A stretch of DNA of 61,777 nucleotides from an uncultured Eubacteriales bacterium (GTDB lineage Bacteria; Actinomycetota; Coriobacteriia; Anaerosomatales; JAAXUF01), in the NCBI GenBank assembly GCA_964541375.1, contig CAZIPT010000003.1, positions 1 through 61,777 on the forward strand, given 5' to 3'. A program made the position numbers and the translations under genes. Positions 20,636 through 28,237 of the stretch are shown here, in pieces. Within the stretch, counting starts at the first letter, position 1. Each line of letters opens with the position of its first letter. The notes beneath the pieces were generated by a model. The model saw nothing but the letters and a program-made list of their open reading frames with translations. It was not told where the DNA came from and did no database searches.

Positions 20636-21004
20636 CTACTCCATCACAAAGGCGCCACGGTGATGGCGGAGCAGCGCCCGGTCTTCCGCGATCACCAGGA
20701 GCGCGATCACGTCGAAGCGGATGCTCACCTCTGAGAGTCCGGACTCCTGGACGTACGCTTCGGCCAGCCGAGCGTACCGGCGGCGCTTGGCCGCCGTGAT
20801 GGCCTCCTCGGGACTACCCTTGGCGCGGGTGCGCCGGGTCTTGACCTCGCATAGGACGAGGTTCTGTCCGTCGAGCCCGACGATGTCGATCTCCCCATGG
20901 GTGCAACGCCAGTTGCGCTCCACCACCGTGATTCCGATCCGCTCCAGATACGCCGCCGCGGCATCCTCGCCGCGCTCCCCAAGCCGTTGGCTCTTCTCGG
21001 TCAT
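20636..21004 (-). CDS. yraN: YraN family (UPF0102) endonuclease-like protein
   Basis: ORF 20636..21142- trimmed to the ATG at 21002-21004 (MTEKSQRLGERGEDAAAAYLERIGITVVERNWRCTHGEIDIVG...). Confidence 0.85.
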   Translation of the reverse strand: MTEKSQRLGERGEDAAAAYLERIGITVVERNWRCTHGEIDIVGLDGQNLVLCEVKTRRTRAKGSPEEAITAAKRRRYARLAEAYVQESGLSEVSIRFDVIALLVIAEDRALLRHHRGAFVME

Positions 21005-21084
21005 GATGACCACCTCCGAGAAGCAGCATGCCGAGAGGGGCTTGCCGAATCCTTGACGTGGTCTGAACCGCACGAAGATGACGT

Positions 21085-21867
21085 CTAGAACAGCGTCTCT
21101 GTGTTGGGGCCCCATGAGAACGAGCGGCGATGCAACGGGCACGGCCCGTGGCGGAGGATCGCAGCCAGGTGCTCGCTCGTCCCGTAGCCTTTGTTGACCT
21201 CGAAGCCGTACTCGGGGTGCTCGGCGGCCAGCGAGCGCATAAGCGCATCACGGGTGACCTTCGCTACGATGGATGCAGCTGCGACGGCTGCGACCTTTCC
21301 ATCGGCCTTCACGATGGCGGTCTCGTTCTCGGCCACGCGCAACGGTAGCCCATCGAGGACGACGTGGTCCGGGGGTGTGGAGAGCTGGGAGATCGCGAGG
21401 CCGATCGCCCGTCGGAGCGCCGAAGTCACGCCGAGCGAGTCCACCTCTCCCGCAGACACATGCGCCACTCCGACCCCGAGAGCCAGCGCACGCACGGCAT
21501 CGGCCAGCTCTTCACGCCTCGCTGCCGAGAGACGCTTGCTGTCGTCCAAGCCCTCGATCCGGGGGCTCGGCGGAAGTACCACCGCCGCCACGGTCAGCGG
21601 ACCTGCCAGCGCTCCCCTGCCGACCTCGTCGACTCCCGCGATGACCATCCAGCCGTCTCGCCTGAGCGCATGCTCGGTCGAATACATCCCCGATGTCCGA
21701 ACCCGTTCGGCCCTTCTGCGCTCTGCAGCCCCCATGGCCGCGCGACAAGCCGCTCTCACGCCGGCACGTGCGTCCCCGGAGTACTGCGCGACGAGTCTGT
21801 CGAGCTTGTCGCCGCGCGCCTCGGCGAGTAGCCCTACGATCTGGCTCACGCTCAGGCGATTCAACAT
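21085..21867 (-). CDS. rnhB: Ribonuclease HII
   Basis: ORF 21085..21867-. ...IAGVDEVGRGALAGPL... and DDSKRLS motifs, with a ~70-aa N-terminal extension. Confidence 0.9.
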   Translation of the reverse strand: MLNRLSVSQIVGLLAEARGDKLDRLVAQYSGDARAGVRAACRAAMGAAERRRAERVRTSGMYSTEHALRRDGWMVIAGVDEVGRGALAGPLTVAAVVLPPSPRIEGLDDSKRLSAARREELADAVRALALGVGVAHVSAGEVDSLGVTSALRRAIGLAISQLSTPPDHVVLDGLPLRVAENETAIVKADGKVAAVAAASIVAKVTRDALMRSLAAEHPEYGFEVNKGYGTSEHLAAILRHGPCPLHRRSFSWGPNTETLF

Positions 21868-21891
21868 GCGGGTCCAATCCTCTTTGTCGTC

Positions 21892-21932
21892 AAAACCAAC
21901 GAGCGAGGCGCCGCGTCGCGGGCCTCGCTCGT
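21892..21932 (-). terminator. Intrinsic terminator downstream of rplS
   Basis: Minus strand ACGAGCGAGGC-10 nt loop-GCCTCGCTCGT (11 bp stem), followed by TGGTTTTGA. Confidence 0.6.
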
Positions 21933-21977
21933 CTCAGATAACCAATGGGCGCTTCGAGGCCCACGCGTTTGCGTGGC

Positions 21978-22322
21978 CTAGAAGCCCTTCTCCTTGAGAC
22001 GGGCGGCCTTACCGACCTTGTCGCGAAGGAAGTACAGCTTGCTGCGGCGCACCTTGCCGTGGCTCAGCACCTCGATCTTATCAATCTTGGGCGAGTGCAC
22101 GGGGAACGTACGCTCCACGCCCACACCGAACGAGATCTTGCGGACAGTGAACGTCTCGCGGTTGCTCGCCCCGTGCTTGCGGATGCAGACACCCTGGAAG
22201 ACCTGGGTGCGCTCGCGTGTACCTTCGATGATCTTGTAGTGAACCTTGACCGAGTCGCCAACGTTGACTGCGTCAAGATCCTCTCGGATCTGCTGCTGCT
22301 CAAGAGCGCGAATGATATCCAT
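21978..22322 (-). CDS. rplS: 50S ribosomal protein L19
   Basis: ORF 21978..22397- trimmed to the ATG at 22320-22322 ([34 protein letters not shown]...). Confidence 0.93.
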   Translation of the reverse strand: MDIIRALEQQQIREDLDAVNVGDSVKVHYKIIEGTRERTQVFQGVCIRKHGASNRETFTVRKISFGVGVERTFPVHSPKIDKIEVLSHGKVRRSKLYFLRDKVGKAARLKEKGF

Positions 22323-22385
22323 GTTCCTGCGGTTCCTGTTCGTCGACGTGTGTAGCGCGCACGCCGGAAGCGGACGCGAAGTGGG

Positions 22386-22414
22386 AGTATAGACCACAGC
22401 CGGAAACGGGGCAA
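22386..22414 (-). promoter_or_regulatory. Sigma-70-type promoter of rplS
   Basis: Minus strand: TTGCCC (22409..22414), 17 nt spacer, TATACT (22386..22391). Confidence 0.45.
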
Positions 22415-22415
22415 T

Positions 22416-22435
22416 GCCGAGAATGCGATCTCGGC
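22416..22435 (-). terminator. Hairpin after lepB (weak terminator candidate)
   Basis: Minus strand GCCGAGA-TCGCAT-TCTCGGC, followed by ATTGCCCCGTTT. Confidence 0.3.
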
Positions 22436-22466
22436 CGTATCCTGGCCCCTGTCTGCGCGACCCCGG

Positions 22467-23036
22467 CTACTCCAAGACGCCAAACTGGCTCGGCGGCCAG
22501 TAGGTCCACACCGCGTGACCCTTGATCTGAGAGATCGGCACCGGGCCGAAGAAGCGGCTGTCGCCGCTGTTGGTACGGTTATCTCCCATGAGCCACACCA
22601 TTCCGGCGGGGATTTTGACAGGCATCGGAACGGTTCCGAGTTCGTTGGGCTTGTCGTGGATATAGGGCTCGACCAGCCGCTTGCCGTCGACCCATACAGC
22701 CCCGTCGCGCACGTCGACGGTCTGGCCGCCCACCGCTATCACGCGCTTGATCAGCTGCGGGTGCTGCCCGTTGGGATCGTCGAACACCACGATGTCGCCG
22801 TACGCCGGCTGAGAGAAGAAGCGATAAGAGATCTTCTCGGCCAAGACGCGGTTGCCGATGGCGATCGTCGGCTCCATCGACCCGGTAGGAATCACGAACG
22901 GCTGGACAAGGAACGTCTTGATGCCCTGCGCCAGTGCGAACGCCAGAAGAATCAGCAGAGCGGTCTCGATCAGCCAGCGGACCGTAGAAGTCTCTTCGGG
23001 TGCGGGCGTGGCGGTGTCATTCGGGCTTGGACTCAT
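22467..23036 (-). CDS. lepB: Signal peptidase I (copy 1)
   Basis: ORF 22467..23036-. N-terminal TM, catalytic Ser box IPTGSMEPT, Lys box LIKRVIAVGG, GDNRTNSGDSR. Confidence 0.9.
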   Translation of the reverse strand: MSPSPNDTATPAPEETSTVRWLIETALLILLAFALAQGIKTFLVQPFVIPTGSMEPTIAIGNRVLAEKISYRFFSQPAYGDIVVFDDPNGQHPQLIKRVIAVGGQTVDVRDGAVWVDGKRLVEPYIHDKPNELGTVPMPVKIPAGMVWLMGDNRTNSGDSRFFGPVPISQIKGHAVWTYWPPSQFGVLE

Positions 23037-23042
23037 CGATGA

Positions 23043-23792
23043 CTAGCCTTCCTCGGACTGGTTGTTCGGTTCAGCGTCTGGTTCAAGCAACGCACGCTCG
23101 CGGTCGGTGAGCGACGCGCGTGCCATCAGGTCCGGCCTCACGCGCACGGTCTTCGCAATCGACTGCTCACGGCGCCACTCAGCGATCTTGGCATGATCGC
23201 CAGAGCGTAGGACAGCAGGAACCTCCATCCCGCGGTACACCGCGGGACGCGTGTACTGAGGGTACTCCAACAGTCCGTCAGCGAAAGACTCGTCTTCCGC
23301 CGACTCCTCGTCGCCCAGAACCCCCGGAACGTGACGCGCGACAGCGTCGATCACCGCCATGGCCGCGATCTCTCCCCCGGTCAATACGAAGTCTCCGATC
23401 GAGAGCTCCAGGTCGGCCAGGGTCAGCACCCGTTCGTCGAAGCCCTCGTAGCGCCCACACACCAGGACAAGACGCTCCTTCTCGGCGAGCTCCAGGACGA
23501 TGTCCTGGTCGAGGGGGCGGCCTGCCGGGGTCAGGAAGATGACGTGGCCAGGCTCGTCTTCGATCGCCTGGACCGCTTCGACGGCTTCGAACACAGGTTC
23601 CGGCTTCATGACAAGGCCAGGCCCGCCGCCATACGGGTAGTCGTCGGTGGTGCGATGCTTGTCACGCGTCCACGAACGCAAGTCATGAGTGCGCAGCTCG
23701 AGCAGTCCGCGCTCGCGGGCAAGACCGACGATCGACGCCGACAACGGGGCCTCGAACATTTCCGGGAAGATCGAGATGACGTCTACGATCAC
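23043..23792 (-). CDS. trmD: tRNA (guanine37-N1)-methyltransferase
   Basis: ORF 23043..23792-, GTG start in a GTGA overlap with the rimM stop. ...VISIFPEMF..., SIGDFVLTGGE. Confidence 0.93.
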   Translation of the reverse strand: MIVDVISIFPEMFEAPLSASIVGLARERGLLELRTHDLRSWTRDKHRTTDDYPYGGGPGLVMKPEPVFEAVEAVQAIEDEPGHVIFLTPAGRPLDQDIVLELAEKERLVLVCGRYEGFDERVLTLADLELSIGDFVLTGGEIAAMAVIDAVARHVPGVLGDEESAEDESFADGLLEYPQYTRPAVYRGMEVPAVLRSGDHAKIAEWRREQSIAKTVRVRPDLMARASLTDRERALLEPDAEPNNQSEEG

Positions 23793-24322
23793 GCAATCTC
23801 CCCCTCTCCGGGCAGCAGCCCGTCCAAGAGCCGGACAAAGATCGGTCCGCCCTCATGGTCGACGCCCATCACCACGTCGTCGATGACCGGGATAAGGATC
23901 TCTCCCAACGGGCCGTCGACCACCCACACGTCGTTGGCGCCGGTGTGAATGACCTCGACGATGTCGCCGAGCAGCCCGTGGGCCTCATCCTCCACCGACC
24001 TTCCGACAAGGTCCTCGTCCTCCTCGGGCTCCTCCCAGCCAGCGGGAACGTCGGCTTCGCGAATCAGGAGGTCGCAGCCGGTCACGGCACGCGCAGCATC
24101 CAGATCGTTGAAGCCGGAGAGCTTGACCAGCGGGCCTTTGGGACCCGGCCGCACCGACTCGATCCGACCCGTACGGACCGTCGAAGGCGGCGGGACGATC
24201 CAAACCTCGACTCCGACGAGAGACGTCAAAGGAAGCCCCGGAGCGGCTGCAACCGAGACTTCCCCTTTGAGTCCATGTGTCTTGACGACCCGACCGACCG
24301 GGACGTACGGCGAGTGCGCCAA
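23789..24322 (-). CDS. rimM: 16S rRNA processing protein RimM
   Basis: ORF 23789..24322-. ...VGRVVKTHGLKGEVSV... and a PRC-barrel C-terminus. Confidence 0.9.
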   Translation of the reverse strand: MAHSPYVPVGRVVKTHGLKGEVSVAAAPGLPLTSLVGVEVWIVPPPSTVRTGRIESVRPGPKGPLVKLSGFNDLDAARAVTGCDLLIREADVPAGWEEPEEDEDLVGRSVEDEAHGLLGDIVEVIHTGANDVWVVDGPLGEILIPVIDDVVMGVDHEGGPIFVRLLDGLLPGEGEIA

Positions 24323-24326
24323 CGTC

Positions 24327-24575
24327 CTATCCGAGGATTTCGACCTCGACCTGCTTGTCGTCCGAACTGCCCGCAGCGCGCGCGAGAGTCCTGATGGCCT
24401 TGATGATGCGGCCCTGACGACCGATCACCTTGCCGACGTCAGACGGGTCAAGGGTCACCTCGAAGGCGATGGAGCTATCTGATTTCTTGCACTCGATCGA
24501 GACAGCGTCGGGCATGTCGACGAGCGACGTGACCACGTAGCGTACGAGCGCCTCAGTATCGGCAACAGAAGCCAT
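24327..24575 (-). CDS. KH-domain RNA-binding protein (YlqC/UPF0109 family)
   Basis: ORF 24327..24575-. ...DVGKVIGRQGRIIKAIRTL... (GxxG KH motif). Conserved position between rpsP and rimM. Confidence 0.88.
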   Translation of the reverse strand: MASVADTEALVRYVVTSLVDMPDAVSIECKKSDSSIAFEVTLDPSDVGKVIGRQGRIIKAIRTLARAAGSSDDKQVEVEILG

Positions 24576-24589
24576 TCACGTCTGCCTGA

Positions 24590-25177
24590 CTACTCGGCAG
24601 CTTCGGCCTCGGCGTCGGCGCCTTCTTCGGCAGCCTCTTCCGCGACCTCAGCTTCGGCGGCGGGCTCATCGACTACCTCGGCGGCCTCTTCGACTACCTC
24701 GGTGTCCTCGACGACTTCTTCGACGACCTCTTCTGCGTCCTCGGGGGTCTCATCGGGAGCCGCAGCAGCTTCCTCCGCCTCGGCGTCAGCAGCTTCCTTC
24801 TCTGCGACGGCGGCCTCGGCGGCCTCCTTCTTGGCGGCCTCAGCGTCAGCAGCGGCCTTCTCGGCAGCGGCGGCCTCTTCGGCGATCTTCGCGGCAGCCT
24901 TCTTGGACTGCTTGGACTCCTCGACCGGCATCTCTTTCTCGCCGCGAGCGATGGCGATGATCTTGCCAGCAGCCTCAGTGGGCTGCGCGCCCTTGGCGAT
25001 CCAGGCATCGACCTTCTCGAGGTCGACCTCTACGAATGACGGCGTCACGCGAGGATTGTAGCGGCCCACGATCTCAATGAAGCGGCCGTCACGGCGCGCG
25101 CGCCCGTCAGCAACGACAACACGGTAATACGGCGCCTTCTTGGCACCGTGGCGCGCCAGACGAATCTTGACTGCCAA
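24590..25177 (-). CDS. rpsP: 30S ribosomal protein S16 with ~110-aa Ala/Glu/Lys-rich C-terminal extension
   Basis: ORF 24590..25186- trimmed to the TTG at 25175-25177 (M)[23 protein letters not shown]... The GGAGG SD ends 8 nt before this TTG. The track's GTG start lies inside the SD. Confidence 0.9.
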   Translation of the reverse strand: MAVKIRLARHGAKKAPYYRVVVADGRARRDGRFIEIVGRYNPRVTPSFVEVDLEKVDAWIAKGAQPTEAAGKIIAIARGEKEMPVEESKQSKKAAAKIAEEAAAAEKAAADAEAAKKEAAEAAVAEKEAADAEAEEAAAAPDETPEDAEEVVEEVVEDTEVVEEAAEVVDEPAAEAEVAEEAAEEGADAEAEAAE

Positions 25178-25244
25178 CAGGTTCACCTCCGGTCAAGGCG
25201 GCCGCCGGTGCGGCCGCACTACAAAGCAAGCAAAGCGGTTGCAT

Positions 25245-25273
25245 ATTCTACGACAGTACCCCGGTGGGGTCAA
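25245..25273 (-). promoter_or_regulatory. Near-consensus sigma-70 promoter of the rpsP operon
   Basis: Minus strand: TTGACC (25268..25273), 17 nt spacer, TAGAAT (25245..25250). Confidence 0.6.
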
Positions 25274-25336
25274 AGACACGCCTCCGGGCGTTGCGCATCT
25301 GCCCTCACCCGTCTCCTGGCGTGTCGCGGTCTCCGG

Positions 25337-26680
25337 CTAGAACCCTCCAGGAGGCATGCCCGGAATCCGCATCCGGCGCTTGCCCTTGCCCGACTGATCC
25401 TGGAACTGCTTCATCATCTTCCGGGTCTCCGCGAACTGCTTGATGAGCTGGTTCACGTCGTAGACCTGAACGCCGGCACCGCGGGCTATTCGCTCACGGC
25501 GGGACCCGTTGAGGATCTTGGGCTGGGCGCGCTCAGCTGCCGACATCGAGAAGATGATCGCCTCGATCTTGTCGAGAGCACCTTCGTCGACCTCGGCCTC
25601 GGCCCCCTTCAGCTTTCCCATTCCCGGGAGCGACTTGAGGATGCCGCCGATGCCACCCATCTTGCGCACCTGCACGATCTGCGTGAGGAAGTCGTCGAAC
25701 GTGAAGTCGGCCTTCTTGAGCCGCTCCGCGGTCTCTGCGTCAACCTCGGCGGCGCCGACCTCTTGAGCCTTCTCGATCAGCGACACGACGTCGCCCATGC
25801 CCAGGATGCGCTTTGCCATTCGGTCGGGGTAGAACAGCTCGAGCGAATCCGGCTTCTCGCCGAAGCTCGCGAACTTGATGGGCTTGCCGGTCACCTGGCG
25901 GATTGAGAGTGCGGCGCCACCTCGCGCATCGCCATCGAGCTTGCTCATGATGACGCCGTCGAAGTTGACCTGCCCGGCAAAGGCCGCGGCGACATTCACG
26001 GCATCCTGGCCTGTCATAGCGTCGACGACCATCAGAATCTGATCGGGCTTGACGGCGTCTCTGATGGCGACCGCCTCGGCCATCATGACCTCATCGACGT
26101 GAAGCCGGCAGGCCGTGTCGACGATGACGAAGTCGCGCAGCGTGTCGACCGCGTTGCGAACTCCGGCCTTGGCGATGGCGACAACGTCGGTCCCCTCACC
26201 GCGGTACACGGGGATGTCGAGCTCTTTGCCCAAGGCCTCGAGCTGGTCGATGGCAGCCGGCCGATAGACGTCGCATGCCACCATCAAGGGACGCTTCCCC
26301 TGCTTGCGCATGAGGTTGGCGAGCTTGGCCGTGGCGGTGGTCTTGCCCGAGCCCTGGAGGCCGACCAGCATGACAACGTTTGGGATGCGACCCGATAGCA
26401 CCAGCTGCGACCCGGCACCGCCCAGAAGGTCTGTCAGCTCGTCAAGGACAATCTTGATGACCTGCTGTCCGGGCGTCAGCGACTTCATCACGTCGGAGCC
26501 CACTGCACGTTCGCGCACCTTGGCGACAAACTCCTTGACGACCTTGTAGTTCACGTCGGCCTCGAGAAGTGCCATGCGAATCTCGCGCATTGCCGCGTCG
26601 ACGTCTTCCTCGGTGAGCCGACCTTTGCCGGTCAATCCCGAGAAAATCGCCTGAAGCCGGTCGGACAGATTCTGGAACAT
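25337..26680 (-). CDS. ffh: Signal recognition particle protein Ffh
   Basis: ORF 25337..26722- trimmed to the ATG at 26678-26680 (MFQNLSDRLQAIFSGLTGKG...). GLQGSGKTTT, DTACRL, Met-rich M domain. Confidence 0.93.
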   Translation of the reverse strand: MFQNLSDRLQAIFSGLTGKGRLTEEDVDAAMREIRMALLEADVNYKVVKEFVAKVRERAVGSDVMKSLTPGQQVIKIVLDELTDLLGGAGSQLVLSGRIPNVVMLVGLQGSGKTTATAKLANLMRKQGKRPLMVACDVYRPAAIDQLEALGKELDIPVYRGEGTDVVAIAKAGVRNAVDTLRDFVIVDTACRLHVDEVMMAEAVAIRDAVKPDQILMVVDAMTGQDAVNVAAAFAGQVNFDGVIMSKLDGDARGGAALSIRQVTGKPIKFASFGEKPDSLELFYPDRMAKRILGMGDVVSLIEKAQEVGAAEVDAETAERLKKADFTFDDFLTQIVQVRKMGGIGGILKSLPGMGKLKGAEAEVDEGALDKIEAIIFSMSAAERAQPKILNGSRRERIARGAGVQVYDVNQLIKQFAETRKMMKQFQDQSGKGKRRMRIPGMPPGGF

Positions 26681-26760
26681 CAGCGCGGGGCCCTTCAGGA
26701 GTGGGATGAGTAGTGCGCACAACGGTAGCCACCCGCGTGCCGAAGCGTCAACCGACGTAC

Positions 26761-27330
26761 CTAGTGGACGAACCTGAGTCTCTGGATGGGCGCGAACACC
26801 GCGACGACCCTGCCCATGACGCCGCTGACGGGAACGGTTCCGATATAGCGGCTGTCCTCGGAGAGCGGACGATTGTCGCCCATGATGTAGAGATGCCCGT
26901 CAGGCACTCTGACGGCGGGAAATGAATCCGCGTACCTTGGAGCGTCGAGCTGCTGACCGTAGTCGGGCTCGCGGACGCCATTGACAATCGCAACGTCGTT
27001 GCGGATCTCGACCATGTCACCGGCGACGCCGACCACCCGCTTGACGAGCTCGGTCTTGGTGCCACCCTCGTCGGCGACAAGCACAACCACATCGCCCCGG
27101 TGCAGGGACGTTGCGCCTCGAGTGATCAGAACGCGGTCCGCAGAGCGCAGAGTCGGCAACATCGAAGGGCCGTCGATGCCTACAGCCTGGAAGAAGAAGA
27201 AGAACACGAGAATGATGAGGGTCAGCAGCGCGACCAGCGGCAAGATGATGAAGCGGGCGATCCTCTCGCCCGACGACTGCCGTACCCCGGGGGCAAGTGT
27301 GCTGGGGCCGATGTAGAGGTCGTCACTCAC
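26761..27330 (-). CDS. lepB: Signal peptidase I (copy 2, divergent paralogue)
   Basis: ORF 26761..27330-. TM segment, Ser box DGPSMLPT, Lys box LVKRVVGVAGD, GDNRPLSEDSR. 8-nt overlap with the ftsY end. Confidence 0.88.
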   Translation of the reverse strand: MSDDLYIGPSTLAPGVRQSSGERIARFIILPLVALLTLIILVFFFFFQAVGIDGPSMLPTLRSADRVLITRGATSLHRGDVVVLVADEGGTKTELVKRVVGVAGDMVEIRNDVAIVNGVREPDYGQQLDAPRYADSFPAVRVPDGHLYIMGDNRPLSEDSRYIGTVPVSGVMGRVVAVFAPIQRLRFVH

Positions 27331-28237
27331 CGGAGACCAGCGCCCGGGCGAACTCGTGAGCTACGAACGGTTTCAGGTCCTCTATCGACTCCCCTACTCC
27401 GATGCGAAGGATGGGGATCTGCAGCTCCCGAGCGATGGCGACGGCGATTCCGCCCTTCGCGGTGCCGTCGAGCTTCGTGAGGATGATGCCGTCGACATCG
27501 AGCGCCGACCCGAATTCCCGCGCTTGAACCAGCCCGTTCTGCCCTGTGGTGGCATCGAGCACCAGCAGAGTCTTGACCGGCGGCTTACTACGATTCTCCG
27601 TGACGCGCTTGACCTTGACGAGCTCGCGCATCAGGTCGGCTGAGGTGTGGAGGCGGCCCGCCGTATCGATCAGCGTGAAGTCCGCCGACAGTTCCTCGGC
27701 GGCAGCCACTGTGTCGAAGGCGACCGCCGCGGGGTCGGCTCCACGCTCCCGACGCACGACCGGCACGTCGGCGCGCTCCGCCCACACGTCGAGCTGTTCG
27801 ACGGCCGCAGCGCGATACGTGTCCGCCGAGCCCAGAACCACGATGCGGCCGCCCTCTTTGGCCTGCTTGGCGAGCTTGCCCACGGTGGTCGTCTTCCCCG
27901 CACCGTTCACGCCCACGACAAGGACGGTCACCGGTGACACTCCGAGCAGATCCTCCGCGTCTGGAGGGAACTCGGAGGCGATCTGCTCGGCCAGGGCGTC
28001 GACCACCGCAGGCGCGTCGGGCAGTGCACGCTCAGCGGCAAGGCGGCGAAGGCGCGCGACGATCTCGCTGGTTGCGGTGAAGCCGATGTCTGCGCCGATC
28101 AGGGTGTCTTCCAGATCGCTCCAGAACTCCTCGTCCAGGTCCGGTCCACGGCGCAGCAGGACGTTGAGCTGACCGCCAAGCCGTTCGCGACTCCGGGACA
28201 GGCCGTCTGAGAGACGCCTAAACCAAGGCGTGCTCAT
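27323..28237 (-). CDS. ftsY: SRP receptor FtsY (short, Gram-positive type)
   Basis: ORF 27323..28531- trimmed to the ATG at 28235-28237 (MSTPWFRRLSDGLSRSRERL...). GVNGAGKTTT, DTAGRL. The upstream 98 codons are S/R/P/T-rich and lie inside smc. Confidence 0.88.
   Translation of the reverse strand: MSTPWFRRLSDGLSRSRERLGGQLNVLLRRGPDLDEEFWSDLEDTLIGADIGFTATSEIVARLRRLAAERALPDAPAVVDALAEQIASEFPPDAEDLLGVSPVTVLVVGVNGAGKTTTVGKLAKQAKEGGRIVVLGSADTYRAAAVEQLDVWAERADVPVVRRERGADPAAVAFDTVAAAEELSADFTLIDTAGRLHTSADLMRELVKVKRVTENRSKPPVKTLLVLDATTGQNGLVQAREFGSALDVDGIILTKLDGTAKGGIAVAIARELQIPILRIGVGESIEDLKPFVAHEFARALVSGE

Noticed and set aside
24600-24900. Apparent GC-rich tandem repetition (gcggcctc / ggcagc units)
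   Set aside because: It is the coding sequence of the Ala/Glu-rich S16 C-terminal tail, in frame with rpsP. It is not a non-coding tandem repeat or a CRISPR-like array.
25201-25222. Two adjacent GCGGCCGC (NotI) palindromes in the rpsP leader
   Set aside because: Only 8-bp self-complementary units separated by 5 nt. Too short and too few to be a repeat element or array. Probably just a small leader hairpin.
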